From the human T2T-CHM13v2.0 reference genome, Homo sapiens, in NCBI RefSeq assembly GCF_009914755.1, contig NC_060927.1: a stretch of DNA of 64,000 nt; one strand, given 5' to 3'. The notes below the pieces were generated by a model, which ran no database searches, was not told where the DNA came from, and was given only the letters and a program-made list of their open reading frames with translations. A program made the position numbers and the translations under genes. Below are positions 13,059 to 29,598 of the stretch, piece after piece (positions within the stretch are counted from its first letter, which is position 1; each line of letters begins with the position of its first letter).

Positions 13059-13146
13059 CTCTGAAAACAGAAAAAAAGACATGGTTTGGCAATTTCTTCC
13101 TTGATAGCTTTTCCCACAACGCAGCCACCTCCTAAACGCAGGCAAT
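13059..13146 (-). other. B3GALNT1: B3GALNT1 5'-UTR exon 2 (88 nt)
   Basis: Acceptor ttgtttcctctgcgttttgcacAG| and donor GAG|GTAAGG. The sequence GGAGGTGGCTGCGTTGTGGGAAAAGCTATCAAGG... is recognised from B3GALNT1 cDNA. Confidence 0.82.
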
Positions 13147-13439
13147 CTGTGCAAAACGCAGAGGAAACAAAATCATGAAAGCCCTGCAAATCTCCCTCCT
13201 AAATCCAACATTAAGAAGGCGAACGGATACTGAATTCAAAGACTACCCGTACTTGAGGATGGCATCATTCCTTACTGCTTGGAAAAGTGAGACTCCGTTG
13301 CACCTCTAGGAATCTTTTTAAAACGCCCTGTATGTTCCTTAACACTGCCTGTAGGAATCCTGTAGCCCTAGCCCCGTGGGATTTCCTTCTCTCTCCGCCC
13401 GTTCTCCACATTCCCCACTTAGTTTCACATTCCTTCCCA

Positions 13440-14220
13440 ATCCCTCCGACATCCCTGCGCCGGGGCCCTTCCCTAGCGCTCCGGGAAAGCGTTCGCCGCA
13501 GGCCTGTTAGGGGCCCACCAATACCGTAACACCGTTCCCGTCCTCTTCCTCGGCACCGCTGCAAACGCCCCGGGTCGCTACCCGGATTTGACGGTGGCTG
13601 GAGCGGCACGGGCGACGCAAGGCAGGTATTGCACCCTGGGGCAAGGCAAGGTGGACAACCAGCGGATGCGGCGCGGCCGCGGCCTGGGCCTGGGCCCTCC
13701 GCGTCGCCCACTGCCCCACTGGGCCCCTTCTCCCGCGCTCACCGGAGGCGGGCAGCTGCTCGTCACCGAGACCCGAGACCCACGGTGCGGCGGCTCAACC
13801 TGGGCCACGCTCCGCTCTAGAGGAGTGGGCGGTGCCTCCCGGCCTAGCTGCCGGGGTCTAGGCGTTTCCGAGGACGGCGCGTTCCGGGAAAGGCGGGTCC
13901 GGTGGCTATACCCTCCACCCAGTGGCAGGACTCAACCGCCTCGGAGACCCTGCAGGGCCGCCCTTCTCACTCACCTCCTGTGCTCGGCGCGCACCCAGCT
14001 CGGAAGCGGGAAGGTGGCCGGCGTTCTCTCCCTGCGCACACACGCAGCCTCCCCGCATCCGCACGCACGGCCGGGCGCGCGCAGACCACGCGCCAGGGCC
14101 GCGGCCGGAAACCCCTGGCTGCACGCGCGGGCCCAGGCGGCCCCCAGCCCTGTGAGCTCGCATGGCGCGCCCTCTGGGTCCTCGCGGTCACCTTGCATTC
14201 CGAGCACGGCCGTGTTATGT
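13440..14220. promoter_or_regulatory. B3GALNT1: CpG island / TATA-less promoter of B3GALNT1
   Basis: Abrupt switch to very GC- and CpG-rich sequence. Contains GC boxes, ETS-type CGGAAG (14001) and NRF1-like GCGC tracts (14033-14083). Confidence 0.92.
13975..14090 (-). other. B3GALNT1: B3GALNT1 5'-UTR exon 1 (5' end approximate)
   Basis: Lies in the CpG island and ends at GAG|GTGAGT (GT at 13974-13973). The spliced exons match my recollection of the B3GALNT1 mRNA leader. The TSS cannot be fixed from sequence. Confidence 0.75.
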
Positions 14221-14933
14221 ATGCCTTTAGTTGATGCTGGCCAAAATTAGACAACTTAGTGGCAGACGTCGAGCTAGAATTTTTGTTTGAGATCCTTTTT
14301 CCCTGGTCGTCTTTCCAAACTGCGTGAGTGCATGGCCTCGAGGCGGCCCTGGAGGGATTTTCTTGTTAAACTTCATACAGAACTAATTAGGAAAGAGGAA
14401 ATCTTAGGAGGAGTTCTTTGCTGTCTCAGAAGAAATGCCCGTTCTTCTTCCGGAATCGATGGGGAATGGAATGGGGGTAAGAGAGACACGTCAGGTTTCA
14501 ATGGCCTGTGTATGGATGGGAGTCCCAGGGAGTTGCTTTTGTACACCTGAGCATAGCTGACCTAAACTCCCAGATCCATCTCCTCAAACTCCTTTTACCA
14601 AGATGTGCAGTATTGATTGTACTGGTCCTTTCCTCAAAATCAAGTGGGTCTGGATCATGTATTTAACCACTACCAAGCTCAGCCATGAGCACCACCCCTG
14701 ATTGTAACCCACACATTTGCATCAAGACTAAACGTGGCCCACCATTTCTTTTTGTTTACTGACTCTTTGGCCTGACTGCTTCTTCCTTATAGCCTTTTTC
14801 TGCAAAATTACTTAGGATAGTTTGAAGGTTCTCTGAAAATAATAGGGGTGAATATAGAGATCAAAATGGATATACAACAAAAGTAAGTTTAGATAGTAGC
14901 AGTGTAAGTCAAGGACTTAGTTGACACTGCATA

Positions 14934-14973
14934 AATAATCAGATCTAAATTATAATAATCAGATCTAAATTAT
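14934..14973 (+). repeat. Perfect 20-bp tandem duplication
   Basis: aataatcagatctaaattat x2. Confidence 0.95.
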
Positions 14974-15494
14974 GGTTGAGATTGTTTTCCTGGTTCCAGC
15001 CTTGGCAGGTAGCTGTGTCCTTTGCAGAGGGTAAAGTGATTGCTGCCCTGCTGCACGCCTTTATCACAGCCATTCTTCACCCTACCTGGGCTGACAGTTC
15101 ACCTCACTAAGTCAAGGAGGTCCATTAATAACAAAACCAGACAGGTTTCACTGCAGATAGATTAATATGCTGAAAAAATAGACCTCTTATTTGGAAGAAT
15201 GCTTTAGGGCATTAATACTATATTTTACAAATTCCGTTTCTTAAAATTTTAGAAAAGTTGTATTTCAATACTCATTTTTAAAATGTTTTGAATGTCCTTT
15301 GAGTAACCAGCAGGTATATGTGCTCATAGCTGCCAAAACTTCCCTGGAATGCAAAGCAGAGCCATGGACAACAGATTGGGGTAAGAAATTCTCCTAAATG
15401 AAGTAAGTGAGACAAAAAGGCCCAAAACCTTTATGAGATTATTTCCTTTGAAGCAGTCTCCTTTTTCTTTGTGTAGCATTTATCAGCTTGTGAT

Positions 15495-16115
15495 TGAGTC
15501 ATCTATTGCTGCAGATCGAACTCTCCCAAAATATAGTTGCTTGCAAAAATGTCAATTTAATATTTCTCATAATTCTGAAGGTTGGTTATGTGGTTCCTCT
15601 CTGGTTTTGATTTGGCTCACTCGTATAGATACATTCAGCTGTAGCAGGGGTTGGCCAAGTTTTCTGTAAAACAGGATCAGATAGTAAATATTTTAGACTT
15701 TGTCTCTGTCACATATTCTTTTTTATTTAATTTTTATAAACTATTAAAAACCCAAAGCTATTCATAGCTCAAGGGCCATACAGAAGCAGGCTATGGCCTA
15801 CAGGCTGTAGTTTGCTGATCCCTGAACTGGAGAATCAGCTAAGCTGAAAGTCCAAGGTGGCCTCACTCATGTGTCTGCTGTTGGCTCCATGTGGCCTCTT
15901 ATCCTGCAGTAGGCTATGTTTTTGGTCTGTGGGCAACATCCAGAAGAGAGCAGGCAGAAGCTGTAAAATTTCTTAAGGCCTAGACTTGGGAGTCACACAA
16001 GATCATATATGCCAAATTCTACAAATCAAAGCAAATTGTGAGGCCTCTCCAAATCCAAGGGGCAGGCAAATAGTCTCTGCCTCTTGATGGAAGGAGCTGC
16101 AGATAATGTGGCCAG
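15495..16115 (-). mobile_element. MLT1 (MaLR) LTR, interrupted by MER58
   Basis: tctattgctgc...cccaaaatatagttgcttgcaaaa and ctcttgatggaaggagctgca motifs. Confidence 0.65.
15645..15824. mobile_element. MER58B-like hAT element
   Basis: TIRs caggggttggc / gctgatccctg; degenerate 8-bp TSD agctgtag / aactggag. Confidence 0.75.
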
Positions 16116-17089
16116 AACTAGCTAAACTAAGTGGCAGGAACCTTATTCTTGAAAGTAAATCATCAAACTTCAAATTTATGATATCTGATGGCAGCTATTG
16201 TTCTTACTCACTTCTCTCCCCAAACTACCCAAACCTGTTTATAATTCTGTGAGCACTCACTTGCCTCAGAACTTGTTTACAGATGTCTCTGCCATGAGAT
16301 TATCAGCAACCTGAGGGAAGAGACAGGCCCTACCGCACTGCCTTGCTGTAATATATCTTCAATAGATATATATGGAATTTAGCTGAATAGCCTTACTGAG
16401 GTTTAAAGTCAGGTTATTTGCTTACTTCACAAAAGCAAAATAAATTTAAGTATCCTGCACTATCTACAAATTCCAGAAGAAAAGCACACATCAAAGAGTT
16501 ATATGTCACACTCACATACCATCTGACCAATAAGATGGAAACCTTCCTAGCAATTTTCCGAACATATAATCAAGAGTTAGGAAGCCATATGCCTAATGAT
16601 AAGTTTGAACTAGCAGTCACCTTTAAGGCTATATTACATTTTAACCTTAAATTTGTCTGCAGATGAAAATTGAAATGTAACAACAGTTCTTTCGTAATAT
16701 GTGCTATATATGTTTCAAGGCAGATGTGGTTCTGGGCAGGGTTTCTAATCTACAGGAAATGCTTCTACTAATTGTTCAGTTGAATTTTTCAATATGTGCC
16801 TTCTCCAAAATCTGACTGTGACTGTCTTCTTCCACTTGATGGAAAGCTTTGACAATTTATTATGCTTAGAAGCAGCTGGGGTGTATTTCTAATTGATGAT
16901 TTGTTATATTTCTTACTTGACTATCCACATCTTTCATTCTCTTCAGCATTTTCCTCCAGCACTTCCTGTCTTACTGAATTTGATATATGACACTGCCTTT
17001 GTGCAAATGTAGACAATATCTTCAGCCTTCTGCCTCTGTCCTTCAGATTACAAATACATGCGAGAGTCATGCTAGTAACACGTATGTGA

Positions 17090-17720
17090 CACTTAAACAT
17101 TAATACAGTATATTCACATACACTTTATCAGTTGATTATTAATACACCAATACTGTGGAGGTGGATACTGTCATTACTATCATTTGGCAGGTAGGGAAAC
17201 TGGCGAACAAATGTCTCAGAGATACCTCAAACTTAACATGTCTAGGCCAACCTCAGTACCTTCCCATAAAATGTGCTTATTCTCCTGGATTCCTGATTTG
17301 TATAAAGCAGCTCCATTTATCACTCATCCAAGTTCAAATCTCACTTCATCCTTCTCTCTATTCCACATGTCCAGTCAGTCACCAAGTCCCTGTGGATTCT
17401 CTCTCTTTCTCCCTCTCCTCTCTGAGATGCCTGCAGCCAAGAAAGCCTCATTCTTCATTTAGGTTTGTATCAGAGCTTTCTGTCTGCTCCCTTGACTTCC
17501 AAGTTGCCCATCGGGTCCTTCAGATTACCACTAGGCTGTCTTCCTCAAACCCAGATCTTGTCAGGCATTCCTATTTTAAATTGGTCAGTGACTTCCCACA
17601 GGGCACAATCCAAAGGGCTACAGAACCTTTTGTAATCTACCTCAGCCTACCAGCTCCTGCCATGCATGCATTTTCATGCACTGTCATTGTGCCCACTGTT
17701 ACCTCAGAGTACAGTTTTAT
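17090..17720. mobile_element. MIR and L2 remnants
   Basis: L2 3'-region motifs (cctcaaacttaacatgtc, ccacatgtccagtcagtcaccaagtccctg). Confidence 0.6.
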
Positions 17721-17900
17721 TCTCTGAGTCCCTCCATCCCAGAACCACACCCATCTGACTCATCCAAGTCCCACAACCACTATAGTAATGCTTCTCAAAC
17801 CTAAATGTGCATAGGAATCACTGGAGAATCTTATTAAAAGCAGATTCTGATTCATTAGGTCCTGGATAGGGCTGGAGATTCTGCCTATTAACAAACCAAC

Positions 17901-18203
17901 TGTGCAGGGCACGGTGGCTCATGCCTGTAATCTCAGCACTTTGGGAGGCTGAGATGGGCAGATAGCTTGAGCTCCTGAGTTCAAGACCAGCCTGGGCAAC
18001 ATAGCAAAACCCTGCCTCTACTAAAAATACAAAAATTAGCCTGGCATGGGGGCGTGCATCTGTAGTCCCAGCTACTCAGGAGGCTGAGCTGGGAGGATTG
18101 CTTGAGCTTGGGAGGTCAAGGCTGCAGTGAGCTGTGATTGCACCACTGCACTCCAGCCTGGGTGACAGAGCAAGACCTTGTCTCAAGACAAAAACAAAAA
18201 CAG
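17901..18203 (+). mobile_element. AluJ within MER5A (~17785-18265)
   Basis: Full dimer with J-type ggaggattgcttgagc; MER5A sequence on both sides. Confidence 0.85.
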
Positions 18204-18271
18204 ACAACCCACCAATTGGTAATAGGATACTGCTGGTTGTTAGGCTGCAATTTGAGTAGCAAGAGTCTAGA

Positions 18272-18470
18272 GCTGCACTGTTCAATAGAACTTTCTGCAA
18301 TGATAAAAATGCTCTTAGGTGTTTTCTAATATTGTAGAAACTAATGACATGTAGCTATTGAATACTCGAAATGTAGCTAATGAGACTGAGGAACTGAATT
18401 TTAAATTTTACTTAGTTTAAGTTTCAGTAGCTACATGTGAGTAAGTGGCCACCATGTTGAACAATGCAGA
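18272..18470. mobile_element. MER3 (hAT-Charlie)
   Basis: ctgttcaatagaactttctgcaatgat...gactgaggaactgaatttt. Confidence 0.7.
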
Positions 18471-20263
18471 TGTATAGGAATCCCTTTCATCCTTCAAAAC
18501 TCATTCAGACTTCTGGTTTTCAGTCCAGCATGTAAGACCTTAGAAGTCACCATTCCATCCTAATAACAAGTAAAAAGCTAAACAAACTTAAAAATACTTA
18601 ACTCTTTGTATATTTTTTGGAAAAGTGAGGTTATGGGGCAAACTGCATTTCCCAAACTGGAGAGACAGACAGGTAGATACAGAGAATTACAGAATTAAAA
18701 GAAAAGAAAAAAAATGACATTTTGAGCTGGACAAATAAAAACAAACAACAAAACAAACAGAAAATACAGAGAATTATAACTTATCAGAGCAGAAAACCAT
18801 GAGCTGAAATCTCTACAGGAACCAGTGCTGGGGTAGGAAAACCTAAACTGTTAAATGATGAATTGCTAGAAGTTCTGTGTTGGCAAGTCTGAGAGTTAAA
18901 AACTTCAGGGGGACCTAGTCATGGTGGGTGGAACCCATACTTTTAGTGTGTTTTAACTCCTGGAGTTCTACCAGGTTCACACAGTGAATATCAGAGAAAA
19001 ACCCCCCAGTGCTTCCGGCGGAGGGAGGAGAAAAGAAACCATTTTGAAATGTGCCAGAACATTCTGTTCTTAACAAGAGCTGCCCTCAGAAGAAAGTAGC
19101 TAAGTGGAACCTAGCCTGCTGGGGTTTTATCAGAGCCTAACTGACCTGGAGGAAGGGAAATACTGAACTCCATTCCCTCTAGACTTCCACATATGAGAAG
19201 GGAAATACCCAAATCCAGCCCATTCTAGCTATCCTATCCTACCTAACATGTTAGGGGTGAGTATAGAAGTAAAGAACTGAGAGGCACTTGTGAAGTTCAT
19301 GATCCAGAGGCACAGGCTCACTAAAAGACTGAGACCTAATCATAGGACTATAGAATGCTCCCCCACCTATACATACACCTTACCATCACATTACTAAAGG
19401 AACATCACAGCAATTTCTTTAACCCAGTACATTATGTCCAGTTATCAAGAAAAAATTACGAGGCATACTAAAAGGAAAAACACAGTTTGAAGAGACAGTA
19501 CAAGCATCAGAACCAAATTCAAGATATGGTAGAGATGTTGGTATTAGACCACTAATTTAAAATAACTATGATTAATTTACTAAGAGCTTTAACACATAAA
19601 GTAGATAGCATGAAAAGACCAATAGGTAATGTAAGCAGAGAGATAGATAATTTAATAAGGTACCAAAAAAGATGGTAGAGATCAAAAGCACTGTAGCAGA
19701 AATGAAGAATGCCTTTGATGGTCTTAGTAGACTGGACACAGCTGAAGGAAAAAATCTCTGAACATGAAGCCATCTCAATAGAAACTGCCAAAACTGAAAA
19801 ACAGAAAAAAGACTGACAAAAAGGAAAACCTACCCAGAACAGAATATACAAGAGCTGTGGCTCAACTACAAAAGGCGCAACGTGTAATGGGAATAACCAA
19901 GAGAAGAAAAAGAGAAAGAAACAAAAGAAATATTTGAAACAATAATGACAAAATTTCCCCTAAATTAATGTCAGACAGCAAACCACAAGTCCAGAAAGCT
20001 GAGAGAACACCAAGCAGAATAAATGTAAAAAACACCCACACCTAAGCATAATGTATTCAAACTACAAAAAAATCAAAGATAAAAGAAAATTCTGAAAGAA
20101 GTCAGTGAAATAAAACCCACCTTATCTATAGAGGAGCAAGGATAAGAATTACACCTGGTTTTTCCTCGGAAACCATGCAAGCAAAAAAAGAGTAGAGTGA
20201 AATATTTAAAGTGTTGAGAGAAGCAAACAAACTGGAATTCTGCAACATGTAAAATTATCCTTC

Positions 20264-20269
<6 letters not shown>

Positions 20270-20315
<46 letters not shown>
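20270..20315 (+). repeat. Pure poly(A)46 tract
   Basis: Seen directly. Confidence 0.95.
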
Positions 20316-20319
<4 letters not shown>

Positions 20320-20476
20320 GGGAATTTGTTTCCAGTGGACTGCTTTGGAAGAAATGTTAAAAAAAAAAAAAGTCCTTTAGAGAGAAGGAAAATAATAGAG
20401 GTCAGAAATTTGGACCTGTGTAAAGAAAAGAATAGCAATGGAGAAGGAGTAAATGAAGATAAAAATAATAACATTC

Positions 20477-20907
20477 TGACATGGTTTGAATCTGTGTTCC
20501 TACCAAAATCTCATGTTGAAATGTTATCCCCAATGCTGGAGGTGAGGCCTGGTGGGAGACAACTGGATCATGGGAGTGGTTTCTCATAGCTTAACATCAT
20601 TGCCCCCTTGGTGCTGTCATTGCAATGAGCTCTCATGAAATCTGGTCATTTAATAGTGTGTGGCACCTCACTCCCCAACGCCCCCACACCTGCCAACACT
20701 TCCACCTGCTCTGGCCATGTGAAGAGTTGGCTTCCCGTTCCTCTTCCACCATGATTGTAAGATTCCTGAGGCCTCCCCAGAAACTGAGCAGATGCTGCCT
20801 TGCTTCCTGTACAGCCTGTGGAACCATGAGCCAATTAAACCTCTTTGCTTTATATATTACCCAGTTTTAGGTATTTCTTTATGGCAGTGTGATAACCAAC
20901 TAATATA
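20477..20907 (+). mobile_element. MST (MSTA/MSTB) solo LTR
   Basis: tgacatggtttgaatctgtg...ccaattaaacctcttt...ctaatata. Confidence 0.85.
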
Positions 20908-21189
20908 CTTTTTAAAATTCTTAATTGATCTGACAGATAACAGTTTGTTCAAGATAGTAATAACGTATTTGATTATGTATGTTTGTGTATGGCTATATAT
21001 AACTGAAATGAATGAAAGCAATGAAACAAGGATAGGATGGAGAAATGAGGATTATTTTGTTATTACAAGGTACTCACACTACCCATGAAGTGGTATAGTG
21101 TTATTTGAAAGATGACTTGAACTTGTTTTAAATGTATATTGCAAACTCTAGGGCACCCACTAAAAAAAGTTTTAAAAAATAAATATAAC

Positions 21190-21516
<327 letters not shown>

Positions 21517-21595
21517 TCATATAAAATGCTCAATTAAAAATTACAAAGGGCAGAAAATGTGGAGGGCAAAAGGTAGGAACAAAGAACAAGGGTGA

Positions 21596-22325
<730 letters not shown>

Positions 22326-22656
22326 GCACTAATGAATATGGAAGATATTAATCCAACTATATGAATAATCACTTTGAATGTCCATGGTCTAAATGCACCA
22401 ATTAAAAGACAGACATTGTCCAAGTGAATCAAAAGATAAGACCCAATTATTTTTTACAAAAAATCCATTTTAAATATAAATATATAAATTAAAAGTAGGT
22501 GGATAGGGAAAGATATACCATGGTAACACTAATTTTTGAAAGGTAGGGTAGCTACAATAACTTCAGATGGAGCAGACTTCAGAGCAAGGAAGGATATCAA
22601 GGATAAACAATGACATTACATAATGATATAGGGATAAATTCTCCAACAAGACATAA

Positions 22657-22965
<309 letters not shown>

Positions 22966-23756
22966 AAGACATAACAATTCATAATGTGAATACACTTAAA
23001 AACAGAGCATCAAAATATGGGAGACAAAAACTGATAGGATGACAACAAGAAATAGATGAATCTACCATTATAGCTGGAGACGTCCACATTTCTTTAACAG
23101 ATGTGGACACATTCCGCAGGCAAAAAATCAGACTATAGTGGAACTCAACAACACCATCAATCAACTGGATATAATGGGCATCTATAGACTATCTCATCCA
23201 GTAACAGCAGAATACACATTTTTCTTAATCTCACATAGAACATTCTGCAAGATAGGTCACATTCTTGGCCATAAAACACACCATAACCCATTTAAAAGAA
23301 TAAAAAGCATACAGTGTCTGCCCTCAGACTACAGTGGAATTAAACTAGAAATCAATACCAGAAAGACAGCTGGAGAATCCCCAAATACTTGGAGATTAAA
23401 CAACATGCTTCGAAATGAAACATGGGTCAAAAAGTAACTCTCAAGATAAATTTTAAAATATTTTCAACTAAATGAAAACAAAAACACAAGTTATCAAACT
23501 TCATGGGATGCAATGAAAGTGCTTAAAGGGAAATTTATAGCATTGAATACTTAAAGAAAAAAGATCCAAAAATCAATCATATAAGCTTTCATTTTAGGAA
23601 ACAAGAAAAAGAAGGCCAAATTAAAATCAGAGAAAGATAAATATTATAGCAAAAATTAATGAATTGAAAATATGAAATCAGTAGAAAAACCAATGAAGCT
23701 AAAAGCTGGTTCTTTGAAAAGATCAATAAAATTGATAATTATCTAACCCTGCTAAC

Positions 23757-24161
23757 TGTATTAGGCCATTCTTGCATTACTACAAATAATTAGCTGAGAC
23801 TAGGTAATTTATAAAGAAAAGAGGTTTAATTGGCTCATGGTTCTGCAGGTTGTACAACCATGTCACTGGCATCTGCTTGGCTTCTGCGGAGGCCTTAGTG
23901 AGCTTTTAGTCATGGCAGAAGGCAAAACGATAGCTGGCACATCACAAGGCAAAAGCAGGAGCAAGAGAGGGGTGGAGGAGGTGCCACACACTTTTAAATT
24001 ACCAGATCTCATGAGAACTCACTCACTGCCTTGTGGACAGCACCAAGCTGTGAGGAATCCACCCTCATGACCCACACACCTCCCATCAGGCCCCACCTCC
24101 AACACTGGGGATTACATCTCAACACGAAATTTGGATGAGGACAAATATTCAACCTGTGTCA
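23757..24161 (-). mobile_element. MST solo LTR
   Basis: tgtattaggccattcttgc...aacctgtgtca; TSD ctaac / ctaag. Confidence 0.85.
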
Positions 24162-24489
24162 CTAAGAAAAAAGAGGAGACAAAATGCTAATATCAAAAAT
24201 GAAAAAGGGGACACTAGAGAGCCCAGAGACATTGAAAGGGTAATCAAGAAATATTCTGAACAATTCTAGGTCCACAAATTTGATAACCTAGATGAAATGG
24301 AAGAACACTTTGAAAGACAATATTTGCCAAAACTCAAACAAGGAGAAATAGACAATCTGAACCAGCCTATATCTATCAAAAATATTGAGTCAATAATTAA
24401 TGACCTTGCAAAATAGAAAGAAGCAGGCTTAGATGTGTTCACTGGTGAATTCTACCAAAAATTAAAGGAAACTTCAGAAGATAGAAGCA

Positions 24490-24639
24490 AGAGCTTCTGG
24501 CTAGCTGACCACATGAGGGTTCCTGGAGAGGGGGCATACCCAGGGAAGACAGAGAAATGCCATGCACCCTCCCCCATACGTTACCCCATGTATCACTTCT
24601 TCTGTATCCTTTGTAATAAACTTGAAAATTTAAAAAAGA
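24490..24639 (+). mobile_element. MER21-like LTR fragment with A-rich tail
   Basis: gagcttctggctagctgaccacatgagggttcctggag...tgtatcctttgtaataaac matches recalled MER21 3' part. Confidence 0.65.
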
Positions 24640-25049
24640 AGAAGATGAAAACAGAGAGAATACTTCTTAACTTATTCTATGAGGCCAGCATTACTCTAAT
24701 ACCAAAACCAGGCAAAGGCATTACAAGAAAAGAAAACTACAGAGATATCTTACATAAACATAAATGCAAATGTCCTCAACAAAATATTATCAAATCAAAT
24801 CCAACAATGTTAAAAACTATTATACACCACAAGTAAGTGAGATTTATTGTAAGTCTGGTTCAGCATTCAAAAAAAGCAGTGAATATAATCTGTCACATCA
24901 AAAGACTAAAGAGGAAAAATCACATGATCATATCAATAGATGCAGAAAAAGCATTCGACAAAATCCTGCATCCATTAATGGATAAAATAACAATAAAGGC
25001 TCAGTAAACTGAAATAGTGCAACTTCCTCAACTTGATTTTTAAAAACCT

Positions 25050-26924
<1,875 letters not shown>

Positions 26925-26949
26925 AAAATAATCTATAAAAAAAACCCTC

Positions 26950-27254
26950 CTCATCAAAATGCCAATGAAATTCTTTAAAGAAATGGAAAAAAAATCCCCA
27001 AATTTATATGGAACCACAAAAGACCCTGAATAGGCAAAGCAACTCTGACCAAAATGGACAAACTGGAAGGATCACACTACCAACTTCAAAATATACTACA
27101 AAGCTATAGTAACCAAGTCAGCATGGGACTGGCATAAAAATAGACACATAGACCAATGTAACAAAATAGAGAACCCAGATACAAATCCATGGATTTACTG
27201 CTATTAATAACATTTTGACAGTTACCAATAACATACAATGGGGAAAGGACAGTC
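26950..27254 (+). mobile_element. L1MA ORF2 segment; its probable 3' end resumes at 28984-29590
   Basis: ORF2 sequence to ggggaaaggacagtc. After the THE1D LTR the L1 continues into a 3'UTR ending in aataaa at 29581. Confidence 0.7.
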
Positions 27255-28983
<1,729 letters not shown>

Positions 28984-29598
28984 TTCACTATTGGACGTAT
29001 ATCCAGAGGAAAGGAAATATATTGAAGAGATATCTCCACTCCCATGTTTATTGCAGTATTATTCACAAAAGCCAAAATATGGAATCATCCTAAATGCCAT
29101 GAATGGAGGAATGGAAAAAGAAAATGGTATATATACAATGAAGTAAAAAGAATGAAATTCTGTTATTTGCAGCAACATGGGTGAAACTGAAGGTCATTAT
29201 GTTAAGTAAAATGAGCCAAGCTGAGAAAGATAAATATCATGTGTTCTTACATATGTGGGAGCTAAAAAAGTGGATTTCATGAAGATGGAGAGAAGATTGG
29301 TGATTACCAGAGACCAGGAGAGGTAGGAGGGAGGGAAATGAAGAGAGGTTGATTAATGGGTACAATTAGATAGAAAAAATAAGACTTAGCACTCAGTAGA
29401 TCAGAAGGGGATTATAGTTAATATTAATCTACGGTACATTTCAAAATAGCTAGAACAGAATAACGTAGATGTTCTTAGCATAGAAGTAATGGATGTCTCA
29501 ATAACCTTGATTTTTACACTTTATATGAATGTATCAAATAATCATATTTACCCTACAAATATGTTCATCTGTTATTTATCAATAAAAGCCAAATCCTA

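Noticed and set aside
13265-14254. Overlapping 60-220 aa ORFs on both strands, including the 220-aa plus-strand ORF
   Set aside because: Expected from stop-codon scarcity in a CpG island. They are Arg/Gly/Pro/Ala-rich, many start at non-ATG codons and none has a recognisable domain.
17155-17727. 190-aa ORF
   Set aside because: GTG start, lies in MIR/L2 remnants, no recognisable protein.
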